Below the pieces are notes generated by a model. The model was given only the letters and a program-made list of their open reading frames with translations. It did no database searches and was not told where the DNA came from. The position numbers and the translations under genes are program-made. A stretch of DNA of 58,156 bases, the filler included, from Sluysia triapertura (Eukaryota): assembly GCA_046118255.1 (NCBI GenBank). It is 4 parts of 4 records of this genome, joined end to end, with 100 filler letters (N's around TTAATTAATTAA, not from the genome) between each part and the next. Parts side by side here need not be neighbours in the genome. Positions count along the whole stretch, not along the records: positions 1 to 17,073 come from JBJNIA010193050.1; positions 17,174 to 29,430 come from JBJNIA010125077.1; 2 more parts are not named here. One strand, given 5' to 3'. The stretch's first letter is position 1. Each line of letters begins with the position of its first letter. Positions 13,301 to 27,100 of this stretch are shown here, in pieces.

Positions 13301-15958
13301 TAATTCGTTTTATACAGAATTCATTTCATTAAATAATTGCAACATTGCTTTTCAAAATATGTTTAAGATGCTTTTGTGTTTTAATATTTGTGAATGATCA
13401 AGATCATTGGTAATATTGAGGAAGAAAAAGTTTCAGTTAAAAATTATTTAATTATTTTGTAAATTTGTAAAAATTTCTATTTATCATAAAATTTACTGGC
13501 TTTTGAATCGACCTGTTGGCACTCTAGCACTTTCATTTGTACTATAATGAGACTATTAATTAAATTTTAGTTTTACATTGATGGGAAATAATATAATCGC
13601 AAAGTGTTATAAGTTATGTTACATATACATAAATTGTCTACATTATTGTATTTTTATTTTGCATGTCAAATGCAAACATAAACATAGTTATAGATAAACG
13701 TAGTTACAGTTCTTTTCCATCATTAACCTTGAAATCAATGAATTTTAATATTATATTATCGAGTTTTACTATAATCTAATTAAATATAATTTTCAGTTTG
13801 TGAAGATAAAAAAGCAGAAAAAGAAAAATTACAAAAAATCGAAAAAGATAGACAAGTAAAGTTTTGTTTTATATGTTAAATTATTTTGTCAAAATTTTTC
13901 TTCAATAAAAGAAAATTTTTTTAATTGAAATTACCGAATAAATTAAATTTTGATTTTTATATTTTTGAAAACAATTTATTTAGTTCTAGACTATATTTGA
14001 ATTCCAATTGTTTATTGTTGAAATAATTTATAAATTCAAAATGCATAAATTTTCATCCATTATTTCTGTCTTTCATTTACGAAAAACCCCAACCAATTCT
14101 TCCTTTTTGTATATGTTTGATCCATTTTTATTCTCTGTCTTCTTTGTATTTGGAATTTTCTTTGTTTTCTTTGTTTTTTCTTACATATTGTTACACAACA
14201 AACGAAAGCTTTTCAAATTTTTTAAAATACATATTCAATTTTCAATACAACAAATACTAAAATCTACTTTAATCTCGACCTATTTGATTTGTTTCAAGTT
14301 TAAATTAAAATTGGATTTTAATTGCTTTTCACTTCCTGCTTTTGCTATGTGTAAAGTATTTATTTTTATAATTCTCTTATGTACTTTTCTTTTTGTTTTT
14401 CCATTCAGTCCTAGTCAATTTGGTATTTTTTTAATTATTATTTATTTATTTTGTTCAATTGGGATATAACTTTATTAAAGTTTTGACAATTTGGACATAA
14501 AAGTTTATGATACTAATTTATTAACCACTAGAAAATTTTGAATGTAGAATCACTCTAATGATTTTATTATAAAATGTAAAAAATAATTCAAATAAAATAG
14601 TTTACTTGCAAAATAAATATTTTTTAAACCCATTAACTGCCACGATATAAGTCTAGGAATCTCAAAATAGGAAAAAAATACTTAAAAATACATTTAAGCG
14701 TAAAAGATAATAAAAGAAAACGAAAATAGTTTAAGAATAAATAATGAAAATAAAATGAAATTATTGCAGAATTAAACTGAGAAATTTTCTCAGGGTCTAA
14801 AGTAATATTAAAAAATAATCTAAGGAGACTTTTTAAAATAAAATATTAAACATCATCTTTACTGCATACCGAAAATTTATCGATTCTGAAAAAAATTATA
14901 TTCAGATCATTTTGATTATAATTTTGCTAAGTTTATTGAATCATTGTTTTGGAAGGAAAGAAATAACACGATCACTGTTTAATATTAATATAAAAATAAA
15001 CTTTCACATCTCTATTAAAACCAAAATTAATTACGTGTAGTTTTAATTCTCTAATATTTTTTATCCTTCATATCAAATTGTGATTGCACTTTTTGCAAAA
15101 GATATTAGTTGTTTCAGTTTTTAAATTGTTTTGAGACTTCGGAAGATAATTAAAAATTTTATTCTTACATCCATATCTAACACCAGAGGCGAGTTAAATT
15201 CAGGAATTCACAGTTAACAATAATTTATTAAGAATTTAAGAATAAAGGTTATTGATTATTGACAAGCCTAAAGTTTTATAATGCTTTATTAACACATTTT
15301 ATAATAATAAAATTAGATATTATTACAATAACTATAATTTAAGTAACAACCAAATTATCATTTCATATTATTTGAAGGTTTTACTTTATTTGATATTATT
15401 TTGTGAAGGTTTAGATAAAGTAAATTTTAAAGTGATTAGGACTTACTAGCATAAATTTATAAACCACTTTAATTTAAAGCAATAACAAAAATATTAATAT
15501 ATTGAAACTTAATTCAGGAGCGTGAGAATCAGTTACGAGAGATGGCTTTGCAGATTCGCAAGCGTGAACGAGAGAAATTGAACGAATATTTACATTCTAG
15601 TAGTAATATAGATTGGTATTCTCGGAGTTACTCGAGCTCTGGATCTAGTAGTAGTAACAGATCTAGAAGAAGACGAAGAAGTAGTAGTAGTAGTAGAAGT
15701 AAAAGAAGAAGTCGAAATAGGAGCCGTAGTCATAGTAGAAGTAGAAGTAGAAGTAGAAGTAGTCGACATCATCGAAGTCAGCATCTATCACATTCTAAAC
15801 CTTTATCAACAAGTACAAGATGTCATCTTTCTTCTAGATATTCGAGTCATTATTCTAATAGACGTGATTCGAAGTCTAGATCACCCAAAACTTCTGGGTA
15901 CAGTAATAATAAAAGTGACAGCAACAGTCGATATACAAGTAGTTCGCATAGACGATGA
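4384..15958 (+). CDS. CLASRP: CLK4-associating serine/arginine-rich protein (SWAP-family splicing regulator), complete spliced gene
   Basis: Manually spliced exons, all GT-AG and phase-consistent: 4384-4482, 4519-4706, 4739-4821, 4861-4954, 4989-5110, 5148-5323, 5358-5434, 5471-5521, 5561-5887, (5924-5941 optional), 6894-6941, 8547-8669, 8773-8871, 8912-9005, 13135-13210, 13797-13855, 15518-15958. The translation has the CLASRP hallmarks MWHEARKQERLIRTVMVDVKKRAERRKDFY, IDRFDVRANL, CNYERYRCLVQN, KAQFHGRKSRRER and PQEFLIRQMEKQLNRAFCEDKKAEKEK...ERENQLREMALQIRKRERE, followed by a C-terminal RS tract. Confidence 0.93.
6969..7080. mobile_element. Hairpin-forming MITE-like element (pogo/Tigger-like) in a CLASRP intron
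   Basis: cgcgatggttacgtac (6987) and gtacgtaactatcgcg (ends 7062) are inverted copies with one mismatch. The element is CpG-rich against an AT-rich background. Confidence 0.55.
7186..7264. repeat. (TAA)n microsatellite; others at about 10439-10495, 10733-10797, 13250-13301, 30695-30742, 32544-32590 and 36581-36610, plus (GAT)n at 11160-11185
   Basis: Seen directly. These tracts explain the poly-N and poly-L ORFs in the track. Confidence 0.95.
7950..8250 (+). repeat. Dispersed repeat, L2/CR1-like LINE 3' end (copy in a CLASRP intron)
   Basis: It aligns by eye to the reverse complement of 2815-3175 and 20505-20850. It ends aagcgcttttgag...gagcgcaataaaattaatgtattattatt. Confidence 0.7.
12300..12590 (+). 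mobile_element. IS630/Tc1-type transposase relic in a CLASRP intron
   Basis: Reads NLTVLYFSPDLNPII* at 12541-12588, similar to the YSPDLNPIE motif. The surrounding frames are broken. Confidence 0.35.
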
Positions 15959-17073
15959 AAATATCACAAATAAGAGTTGTACATTAATATTTTGTATTAT
16001 TTATTGCTTTTGCAAATAATAACTTCAGTTCGAATCAATTTTGTATTCATTTTACCATATGAATTGATAGTTAATAATTGAATATTTTATGTACATAAAG
16101 TAAAATATATAGAGGTTATAATTTTTTTCTTGTTATGAGAATCAATATTTATAAATATTATTTTTTTGATTCCGTGAATTTAATAGTTTTGTATCTGTTA
16201 ACTAGATTTCATAAATGAAGTTGTATTTATTTAAATTTTCTCTTATTTGACTTAAGAAAATTCGTTCTTATATGTTTGCACTTTTATCGATATTAATAAA
16301 TTAACAATTAAAATGATACAATGAATCTTGGTTTGACGTTAAATTTTAAATTGTTTATTCAATTTTATATATAATGCTCGTTAATATATAAAGTATACAC
16401 TTTATCTTTATATCTCATACATTAGCCGTGTCTAACATTTAGTATATGGCCAAATGTTTAGAGACAATAATGACAAACACTTCTAATTGTTTTTTCATTT
16501 CCTACCAGACTTGTTTATAATTGTGGTTGTCTCGATGATGTGTTGTAAGTATTTCAACAAACGTAAAAGAAAACTTCACATTTGCTGAGAGATTTGGCTT
16601 AAAATTTGCATATCAAAAAACTAAAATTGGCGAAAAGTAAATTTTAAACAGGGTTGATGTCTAAACGTTAGAGAAACTGATTTCTTAGCAAGATGCAAAT
16701 GTTTTATGGAATTTTTTCAGAAAATGCTTTGTCATCAGAAATAAATTCCTTGGCATTACATATAAAAATATTTTTTTGTCCTAGCTGTTTCTTTTTGTCA
16801 ATTATGAAAAACACTAAAATATCAAACATACGAAATAATCAAATTTAAACTTTTATAACTTTATTAATATATAATTAATACATTAGTCACCGTCACTAAA
16901 AACATAATTGAAATGCTAATCCCGTTACTCAAAATATTGGAAATTTTTATATATCCGTAGAATTGCTTAATTTTAAAATTTTTGAGTAGCATGTTTCATT
17001 TCAAAAGAGTATGCTATTACCCTATTTTGTATAACGTTTCTCATCATTCGTATTTATATTAAAAATATTATTA

Positions 17074-17173
17074 NNNNNNNNNNNNNNNNNNNNNNNNNNN
17101 NNNNNNNNNNNNNNNNNTTAATTAATTAANNNNNNNNNNNNNNNNNNNNNNNNNNNNNNNNNNNNNNNNNNNN
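17074..17173. other. Assembly gap with artificial TTAATTAATTAA linker (also 29431-29530 and 42314-42413; plain N gaps at 22845-23028 and 57815-58007)
   Basis: Identical 100-nt N blocks carry a central 12-mer that gives stops in all six frames. Confidence 0.95.
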
Positions 17174-17534
17174 TCTTAACAACAGATTAGTCCTGAATTT
17201 AATAGAATATTGGGTTTCGTAGAAATGATTCCACATAGATGCGGATTTTTGAAGATTTTTTGAGATGAAATAAATTTTACACATAGAATATCTAGTATGA
17301 TCAAAGGATGAGAGCAGTTAGGTTGAGATTGCAGACTGAAATTTAAAATGATGGTTTAATTATAAATATCTTTAATATAAAATTTATTTTTCTTTTAAAA
17401 TATAAAGCGTTTTGATTAATGTTTCAAATTAAAACTTTTGTTTTTATAATAATTTTAGATAAAAACGAGAACAATGTCTAAGTAATTTTATAACTTTATA
17501 ATAAAAATTTCTATAAATAATGACTGAATAACTT

Positions 17535-17910
17535 TAATTAATGTTTGAATAACAATATTTTGAGAATTTATACTATTCTAATTGAAATCTGAATGACAAT
17601 GTTTTGATAGCTTTACAATACTCTACTTAATGTATAAATAACAAAGTTTTAATAGCTTTACAATGACCTAATCAATATCTGAATAACAATGATTTAATAG
17701 CAATTTGATAACTTTATAATTTTTTAAATGATGGCTGAATCTTTGTAACATTCTTGAATTAATATCTAAATAACAATGTTTAAATACTTTATAACATTCT
17801 AATTAATTTCTGAATAGTTTTATAACACTTCTGAATCAATGTAAATGTCTGAATTGATATCTCAAATATAATTTTTGATTCCGTCATTTTAATTGATATT
17901 TGAATCACAA
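17535..17910. repeat. Degenerate ~45-bp minisatellite
   Basis: The core gaataacaat-like word recurs at 17547, 17591, 17636 and 17681, with more decayed copies afterwards. Confidence 0.75.
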
Positions 17911-20504
17911 TAGCCGAGTGAACAATATTTAATTTGTTGTGCTAAAATTAATTGTATGAGCTATTAAAATTAATTGAGAGAAATTAAATTTAGTAACCAA
18001 TATGTATCAGTTTATTTTGCAGTAAAATAAAGTTTAATTGGACATATATTACTAAAAAGAGTTGAGCTTATATTTAAATGCATGATTTAGTAACTTAACT
18101 TTTTAAGTTACATAATAATTTCTTGCAATCAATTTCTTTTTGTTTCTAGTTGTTATTCAAAATTATCAACTCTTCTATGTAAATCTCTAATTTGTTTTTC
18201 CAACTCATTTGTTGTTCTGGTCAATTTTTCTAAATACATTTCTACTTCTTTACTCTTTTGACAAATTATTATTCATTTTCATGTATTTTATTTACATCAT
18301 TTGCATTAGATTCCAAAACATAGAATAACTTCGTTAATTCGTTAGTCCGATTTTTCAATTCTTCTAATTTATCTTTATTTATTATTATAAATTTCTTTTC
18401 CTTGAACGATTGTCTTTCCAATTCTTTTCTTTATACGGAATATTTTATTTTTTTGCAAACAGAAAGAATTGCGTTAAAGGTGTTAAAGAGAGTAAAGAAA
18501 AAAATGACATGGAAGTTGGAAAAAGTGTTAGGCGGTTGATAAAAATCGGAAGTATTTTATAGAAATTTGATTATTATTAAGAAGTGATTAATTTTACAAT
18601 TATTTTGGTGTTTGATGTTGTATTTTATATCTTTATATTTTATATCTTTCTTTAAAGAGAAAAGCTTTGTTTATTGTTAAATATTTTGTGATGTGTATTG
18701 TTTTGTGTGATTTTAAATAGAGGTTTGGACCACCCAAGAAACACACAGAATGAATTCTTGTGAAAGAACGATTCCGAATTTAATATTTATTTAATCGAAA
18801 ACTCAATGTTACATATTGCACACTGAAAAATTATTTTTACAGATTAGAAGTTGTTAAATTAGTTTAGGCTTTTATGAAGAAATATAATACTGCAAAATGT
18901 TATTTTATAGTGGAATACGTTAATTGAAAAATATAAAAGAACATATAATGTAAAGTCAACTAGTTAAATCAATTATTACTGGAAGAGTAGGGCTTGGCAG
19001 GATTTGTCAAATGTAATTTGTTAGGTTACAACCACAACATTTTAAAATCGCAAAATAGAAGTAATTTTCTAAAAAAGAAAATATATTCCAAGAAAGGAAA
19101 TTCTAGAATTCTAATCGATTTTGATTGCCTATGGCTAGTTTATACCAGCTGCAATTGAATCACAAAGATACAGTTATCACTATATTTTTAATCACGAAAA
19201 CTTGGTTAACGGATACTTTTTGAAACATTTTTAAAAACATTTCGCAACAATAAGTTATTATTGATAAGGTTATAATTGTTAATTAACTTAATTAAAATTT
19301 GTTCAATTTGATAAATCAATAAAAATGTTTGCTTATGATATAATGATATTAGATTTAGTATGTAGAGTTGAGTTTTATTAGTATTTTTAATGATGAAGTA
19401 TTGCGAAGCACGTCAACATAGATAACGTAGAAATTAGTTATTTTAATTAGTTTTAAAATTTAAAATTAAAGTTACAGATGTTCCGATGATTGAGTATTAA
19501 TAAAGTATATATCAAATTGATGTTTATAAAGATACTAATTCAAATATATTATTGAACTTGACATGCGACGTACGGTTGATGCACAACGTATTATTTAAAA
19601 GATTTCCATGATAAATAAATTTATAACTTCATTAATTTTATCTTTAAGTTAAGTTAAAAAATTGCGTTATTCATATAATAACAATTTTAAATTGTAATTT
19701 AATGATATTGAAAAGATAATGGAATTGTTTAGACAAGTCCCATCACCTTTCGATAATTAAAATGATAATGAAGTTGAAAATAGACGGAAATTACTGTCGA
19801 AATTTAATCAGTAAAGTGGTCGGCTTATCACCGACTAAGAAAGAATAGACAACATTAATTTCTGTCTTGTTCAATTTCTAATGTTTTCATTACCTAAATC
19901 ACCATAAATAAACAGTCGTATTTTTGCAAAAAATTTAGACAAAAAAAGAAATAGAGTCAAAGTAACAAAAGACAAAACTTTCTAGTTATAGGGACGATGC
20001 TTCACTTCATCAGTGGACAACGTGAAATTGTAGCTTATACTTTAGTAGTCGGCTAAAATAAAACATTATAGGAAAAAGGAACAAGGATTAGTGACGTGTT
20101 TGTTAATGGTAATATTTTGTATTAATACGGGCGTCAAAATTTATCTTAGAAAAGTTGTGTTACTCCTGGTAGTGATTTGCTAATTTTAAAAGATTTATAA
20201 TTTGAAATTTATAAACAAAGATAATTTGTTATTTAAGAAAATTTGCTTTGTTATTATTATAAAGAATATGCTCTATAACTTTGTAACTTTGTAAAAAACC
20301 ATTCAACAACTTAGATCGTTACATTACCGGCAATTCAATATAATTTATTATTATTTTCCAGTTCTATCACTTACCAGCAAACAAATTATCATATTCCTTC
20401 TTATAACACATTGTTTGCGCAAACAGAAAGCATATTTAAACTTGCTGTCGTTTTCTTATGAACAAATCCACTGTAACTATTCCAGTTGTGAGGTAACTAA
20501 TATG

Positions 20505-20850
20505 TTTAATAATGGTTTAATAATATATTAATTTATATTGCGCTTGTATCATTCACCATAATATTTCTGAAACAGAAAGAACTTTGCATTTTTCATAAAT
20601 ATTTCATAATCCTCCAGGAATTTGACATTTTCTGGTAGCTTGTTGTATATTTTTGAAACACAAACGGTATATAACCTATCAACTAGCTTATTATTAGTGT
20701 GGATTCTGTACAGATTATTATGTCTTAATGAAAAATCATCACCTGTTCCATTTTTTATTATTTCTAAGAGATATTCGGGACTTCTTTAAGGTAAGAATTT
20801 GTTAATTATTGTCATGATTTTGAATTTTATTCTTGCTTTTATTGGCAACC
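20505..20850 (-). repeat. Dispersed repeat, same family as 2815-3175
   Basis: Colinear similarity: tcaccataat..ttctgaaacaga, tttgaaacacaaacggtata, ctagcttatt, ttttattggcaacca. Confidence 0.75.
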
Positions 20851-21010
20851 ACTTGGAGAATTAGTCTTGTTGCTTGATTAATTATTAATTGTAATTTTTT
20901 CACTTTTCTATATGAAACCATTGTTAAAATCTATGTTGCTAGTTATCAGCACATATGTTATTTAAAACCATATGATTCGATTACACTTGAAACATCATTG
21001 ATATGTTATA

Positions 21011-21140
21011 AACTTCATAAAATGGACTGACAGAAATCGAATCCGGGATCTCTTGCTGCGCAATTCGATCCACTGAGCTGTTAGCCCGTCTAACAATTTT
21101 AGATTATTATAGTTAATTATACCTAATGGCACTTTAGGAC
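21011..21140 (-). repeat. tRNA-Ala-like sequence (21023-21087) with shortened anticodon arm and conserved flanks; tRNA pseudogene or SINE
   Basis: The minus strand reads GGGCTAACAGCTCAGTGGATCGAATTGCGCAGCAAGAGATCCCGGATTCGATTTCTGTCAGTCCA, with A box, B box and an acceptor stem with G3-U70 and A73, followed by TTTT. A second copy is at 53567-53696. Confidence 0.7.
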
Positions 21141-24100
21141 TTTACCCCAACAGATATATATATTAAAAACAATAATGGGCCAAGTAGTAATCCCTGAGTA
21201 ACTCCAAGCTTTACACATACCTCATTTGACTTCACATTATTCAATAAAACGTATTGCATTTTTTCTTTTAAATATGATTCTTTTACATTTAATGTTTTAT
21301 TTTACAAGTATTTAAACAATTTTAAAACTACCTGAATTTAAATAAAGAAATAATTAGCAATTACGACTTAAAAATGGATATTAGATTTTTAAAATCTACT
21401 ATTTTTCAGTTTTAATTGATTTAATTCCCTTGGGATATTTAGATTTTGACAAAACTGCAAGACAAAAATAATCTATTTCTTAAATATATAATAAGTATAA
21501 AAATGCAAAAATAATAATAAATAAATTATTAAAAACCTATTATTTATAAATTTGTTTATATTTAAAGCAATTTAAATATTATTTAATTTAATTTAATTTA
21601 ATTTGTTTTAAATAATTTAATTACTGAAAATATATTTTGAAGTTTTGCTAAATATATTCATACAAATAGTGTTTAGTCGGCTCTGTTGATTAATGTTTCT
21701 TGTGTACTTATTTTAATGAAGCAAATTTTGTTAGAATTTTATACATTAATTGGAATGAACGACAATGGTTTGATTAAATTGAAAAATAGATTAAAATAAA
21801 TTAAATAGATTAAGCTAAAATAGATTAACTTACCAACTGATAAGACTACGAGGTGATCACTTCAGTTATAAGGAAGTTAAGAAAATTAGAACAAATGCAA
21901 AAATTTGATTCGGATTAAAACATTCAGTTATACTAAGAAACTTTTGTGAAATTAAATATTTATGTAATAATATTATTTTTAAAATACGGTTAATGTGCAA
22001 CAGTTGGATAGAGTGGTTATTAGCGAAAGGCTTCGCATGTATGGTAGCACCAGCATATGCTATCATTTGACTATACAGATATTTAGTTATCAATGTATAG
22101 TTAATACGATAAAAATCACTCGACCAAATTATGTTTCATCTGTAAACCTATGACAGTATCATAATTCCATAAACATTTAACGTTACAAAAATATTGTCAT
22201 GGGTGGGATTTGAATTATAAGTATTAGTATTGTTATTATATTCGAACATTAAATTCTTTTCTCTCGACGAAATTTTTTTATAATAGCGATAATGCTAACG
22301 TTCTTATTTATTTTATTTCTTAAATTTAATTAATTTTTCACTAATTTTTTAATGATTTTAGTAATTGAATTTTTCAATTTGTTTTATCAATAAATACAAA
22401 ATTGTAATTGTACCTCCACCACCTCTTAATAACAAGTGTGTTACGTATATCAATAAAATTAATTTTTGTTTGAAATTTTGGTTAAACATTATTAAAACAC
22501 AGAAAATCTTTTTTAATTTATTCTTTAATTTTTATTTTTCGAATGTTTTTGTTTTAAAGTCATTCCCGTATTTCAGATAATCAATTTTTTAAAATTTGTA
22601 TCACTTAAAAGCTAAGTAAATTTAAATATAATTGGATTTTATTAAATTAATTAAGTAAAAAATTTATCAAGTAAAAATTAATTATTGGTTTTTTTTTGTG
22701 TTAAAATAAATCTTAATAAATAATAATTTGATTTTTAATGACATATAAATTGACAAAATTTAATTAAAATTGATTTCTTGAAAGTACTTTACAATTATGT
22801 TTCTGTGAAAATAGTTTTAGATTGTTTCATTATAATAGACTAAANNNNNNNNNNNNNNNNNNNNNNNNNNNNNNNNNNNNNNNNNNNNNNNNNNNNNNNN
22901 NNNNNNNNNNNNNNNNNNNNNNNNNNNNNNNNNNNNNNNNNNNNNNNNNNNNNNNNNNNNNNNNNNNNNNNNNNNNNNNNNNNNNNNNNNNNNNNNNNNN
23001 NNNNNNNNNNNNNNNNNNNNNNNNNNNNATCAAAAGAAAATATATCATGAAGAAAATCTTATTTGAAAATGTAATTGCAATTTTGAAATTAATTTTTTAT
23101 TTCAGTTTAATTTTTAAATGTTTCAATAATTAAAATACGTGTTTAAATATTCACTCTCCAACTATTCAAAACCGATTTGTAGTTAGTATGACATAATTTA
23201 ATTCATTTATTAATTTAATTGGTGAAGATTTAAATTACCGATCAAAATAAATGGGTTTACCAGTGTTTAGCAGTGTTCTTGAAATTGAAGGTAAACTTTC
23301 GTCTCCAGAAACTAAGCTAATCCTAGTACAACAATATGTTTAATTTTTCCACAGTGTTTGGAAACGTCAATATGTATTTTTACGTAACTTATTGCTGCTT
23401 TATATATGTTGAGTAAGCGTTGTTTGCCAGGGTTTGGCAATTTCAATTGCTTATAGTATGATAGATATTTTAGATTTGTTTATATCACGTCTACTCTGTA
23501 CTTAGAATTATGGTTAAGTATAAATAATTTTCTAGTCTCGAGGCTTCATTAATTTCTTTCAGATATCTACATTTTTCGAAGTCAGTAGTTACCGTCACCA
23601 TCAACTCGCGATTTTCGCGCATTAAAACGTCCGCGCTTTGATGATTAAGACAGTAATGAAAAAGAATACTTTAGTGAAATAGAGAGTAGTGACCATAGTG
23701 AATCTAGCAGTGACAATATTGAAGAAATAGTGATCGACATTTTTTTTTGACGAAATGTGAGCAATTTTACAACGGATTTTTTGAGTCCTACGCGTGAGAT
23801 ATAGCGAAATATACCGGTAGCGAAATGCTTAATAAAAATCAATCGAACAACTTCATAATATGTTTTCATACCTTTCATCACCAAACAAAAAACACAAGTA
23901 GGCTTTTAATCGAGTGGACCTACAAACAGAACAACCCGATATTGTCAAATTAAAATTTTAAAATTGATCAGTTTTTAAAAATGACTGAATCAGAGACAAC
24001 AATTGTATTATAATTTTATAATTTATATACGATTTTTTAATTTGTACATTTGAAATGGAATATTTTTGTGAATTTTTATTTAACAAAATACCTATATATT

Positions 24101-27100
24101 TATTCATTTCATAGAAAAAAATATAACTTTGTATATATATGTTGCAAGTTTTGATGGTTAATTTAGTTAAATATTGTTTTATAATTTTAGAATAAAATTA
24201 CCTTAGTGTTGAAAATAATAAATTTGCATTAACCATTTAATGCAACTTCTATTGTTATTGATACTAGACATGCATTTAATTTAATATATAATAAACCTAA
24301 ATAATAATTTATGATATATGTAACAGTAAACAATTATTTCAAATAATGATTGATAATTAAAGCTTTTAGAAACTGTATTGTAATAAAATTTATAAAAAGC
24401 ATAATTAATCAAATATTTTATTTTTATTTTAACATTTACGGTAAATGTACTTGCCGAAAAATATTATATAATTCGAAAATTTAGTTTTGTTTATTTGTTG
24501 ATAAAAGTTTATAAAATATTAGAACTACTAAAATGCATTTTTTTAGATAATACTGAAATGTAAAGTAAATAAAATCTGTATGGTCAATATTAAAGAAATC
24601 GCAAAGTTAATATTTGTAAAATTAAACAAATAATATTAATAAAATTTATAAAACTATATTAATTAAAATAATTTTTCTCTAAAAAAATATAAAAATCTAA
24701 TCTTAGAAAAAGAAAATTTTAAGAATTGAATTAATAAATTTTAAATTTTAAAACTGATGAGACAGCTGACATTTAATGAACTCTGAAATATTAAAAATTC
24801 AATTTCAGCTGCATCAGCTCTATTAAAGCGTTTGTAAAGTAAAATTTTAATTATTCAACTCAATAAGAAATTTAAGAAATTTTAGAATATTTAAAAGTGC
24901 TAAAACAAAAGTCGGATTTGAATCCACAACAAGCTTTAATTGACAGTGATTTGCAGCAAAACAAACAAGGCGGATCGACATTAATCGTTTTTTGGATTAA
25001 ATAAAAATTGATTTCCTAAGTTTTTACTTGTTTCTTTGCGAAGTCATAAAATCTTACATAAATTGTAATTTTATTTAAGGTAGTTTAAACTATCTATAAA
25101 ATCAATTAATATCAAAATGAAAAAAACAATAATTCTTATTACTATAAAATAAATATTACTATTATATTTGTAATATATTTTCTTAATTCGTATCGTTCTT
25201 GTGATTTTATTAATAAAATTCGTTGTGTAGTTTATCGATTTTTTAATTAATAAAACTTAGATAATGGAACTTGTACTTTGACAAATCTTAATTAAACGAA
25301 TAATCCCCAGGAAAAATATATACTCAAATTTAGCACTGTTTGACTTTAATAAAATAAATAGAGATAAGATAGCATAAAAGCTGTATAGAAAGTTACTCAT
25401 CAATTATTTAATAAAATAAAATAAACCATTAGTATAAACTGTAGACGAACCGGTACTTTTTTTCAGAAGAGTTTAATAAACATATATAAAACATTTGAAA
25501 ATATAAATATTATTACATGAAACTATAAAATATATCAAAAAGTTTAAAATAATAAACTTTAAAATTATAATGGTAAATAATTTCTAAAATAATCGAAATA
25601 ATTAAAGCTATTTGAAAATAATTATTTTTAATGATAATAATAAATAATTAAAATAATTGTTAGGAAAAATCATGTATAAAAATAATAGATTCATAACAAA
25701 ACGACAAAGCAATAACTACGAGAATCCAAACACAATTTCTTTGTGTTAGTAATTCTTTTGAAACAGTAATTCGATACATTTTTTTACATTAACAAAATAT
25801 TATTATTATATTTATAACTTAACCGCTCCAGTAATATTGGGCTTTAAACAAACAGAATCGGGAGATGGAACATATCAATTAATTGGTCAATACGCGGTAT
25901 CCACTGAATCTTATACTTTAGAGGCTGGTATTCGAATTGGTCTTTTTAATATTTCAATAGTAAACTTAACCTGATGCTATTTATATTGTTTTAGAATTTA
26001 TTTTCGAAGTTTTGGATTTACTTAACCTTCATAGAAATTATAGTGGATATTATGACCTTGATTCTATAGATTTAAACTTTATTTATATCATACAATGACA
26101 AAGTTTTTTTATTTAGTTGGTTTAAAATGGAATCATATAAAATGTGCTGTATATATGACACAGTAAGTTAAATCTCGCAATACAAACTTAAAATTAATGA
26201 GTTAGTTTAGTTTGAAAAATGTAAAGAATTATTTTTATTATTATTATTTGTAGTTATGTATAGATTATAATTTTGTTCTTTTGATAAAGTTACATTTAAC
26301 TGCAAAACCACTTGAGTTTCATTGCAAGTTTTATGAATAAACACTGAGCGAAATGCATGACAATATTTTATATCTTCACATTCATTAATATCCACTTCTG
26401 CCGAAACACAAACATTATGATTATTATCACTGTTAATTATTATTCTATATACGGTAATATCACTTTTTATTGATTCTATATCAATAACACAACGAGTTAC
26501 ATTGCACATTTCACGTTTGTTTAAAATATTAAGTAATATTATAGATATGGATACCATTTGTGTTCATAGATGTTATTGATTAGTTGCATAAATTATAATC
26601 ATGTGTTGTTTGATATTTGAATTTTGGATCAAATATCAAATACTTGTAATAAAATATTAGTGTAATACTCCAACAATCTAAAACTGGTAAGATTTCAAAA
26701 ATATCAATAATATATACACTTCGTATGGTTGTAAAAGTAAAGGTTATTCAATCTAAATTTATCAAATTTACAATTAGAACTAGATACGCATACAATATTT
26801 CTTTATAAATTTGAGTTTGATTATTCATGTTTTAAAAGTACGTCTTAATATGCAAGTCACGAAAGTAATAAAATGCAAAAGAAGAGTGAAGCAGAATAAA
26901 TACGCATACAGAAGTGCAGACATATATACATAATTACACAGAGACATACAAACAAAAGGGAAGTGACAGGTAAGATAGGTAATAATAAAATTATAATGAT
27001 AACAGTTGTAAGATTAAAATTATAATAAATTATAATATAATTTAATGTAATGATGCTGATAGAATTACGATGATATGAAATTATTGTGTGTTATTATTGT

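Noticed and set aside
14008-14469. 153-aa Phe-rich membrane-protein-like ORF
   Set aside because: It is T-rich intronic sequence with no initiating context or motif, and is probably the antisense of an A-rich decayed element.
15590-15784. Thr/Ser-rich minus-strand ORF
   Set aside because: It is the antisense shadow of the CLASRP RS-domain exon.
17118-17129. TTAATTAATTAA palindrome recurring three times
   Set aside because: It is always centred in a 100-nt N block, so it is an assembly linker and not biological.
16650-20060. hAT transposase relics (IMKNTK..IRN near 16800; QWTT near 20010)
   Set aside because: The motif similarity is too short to support a call without a profile search.
22822-23133. 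ORFs spanning N runs (also 57779-58061)
   Set aside because: They are artefacts of translating through gaps.
23251-23940. Possible 5' exons (MGLPVFSSVLEIEG...) or a piggyBac transposase relic
   Set aside because: I could not build a consistent splice chain or find a diagnostic motif.
24905-24980. tRNA-like B-box (ggattcaaatcc on the minus strand)
   Set aside because: No acceptor stem or A box could be paired.
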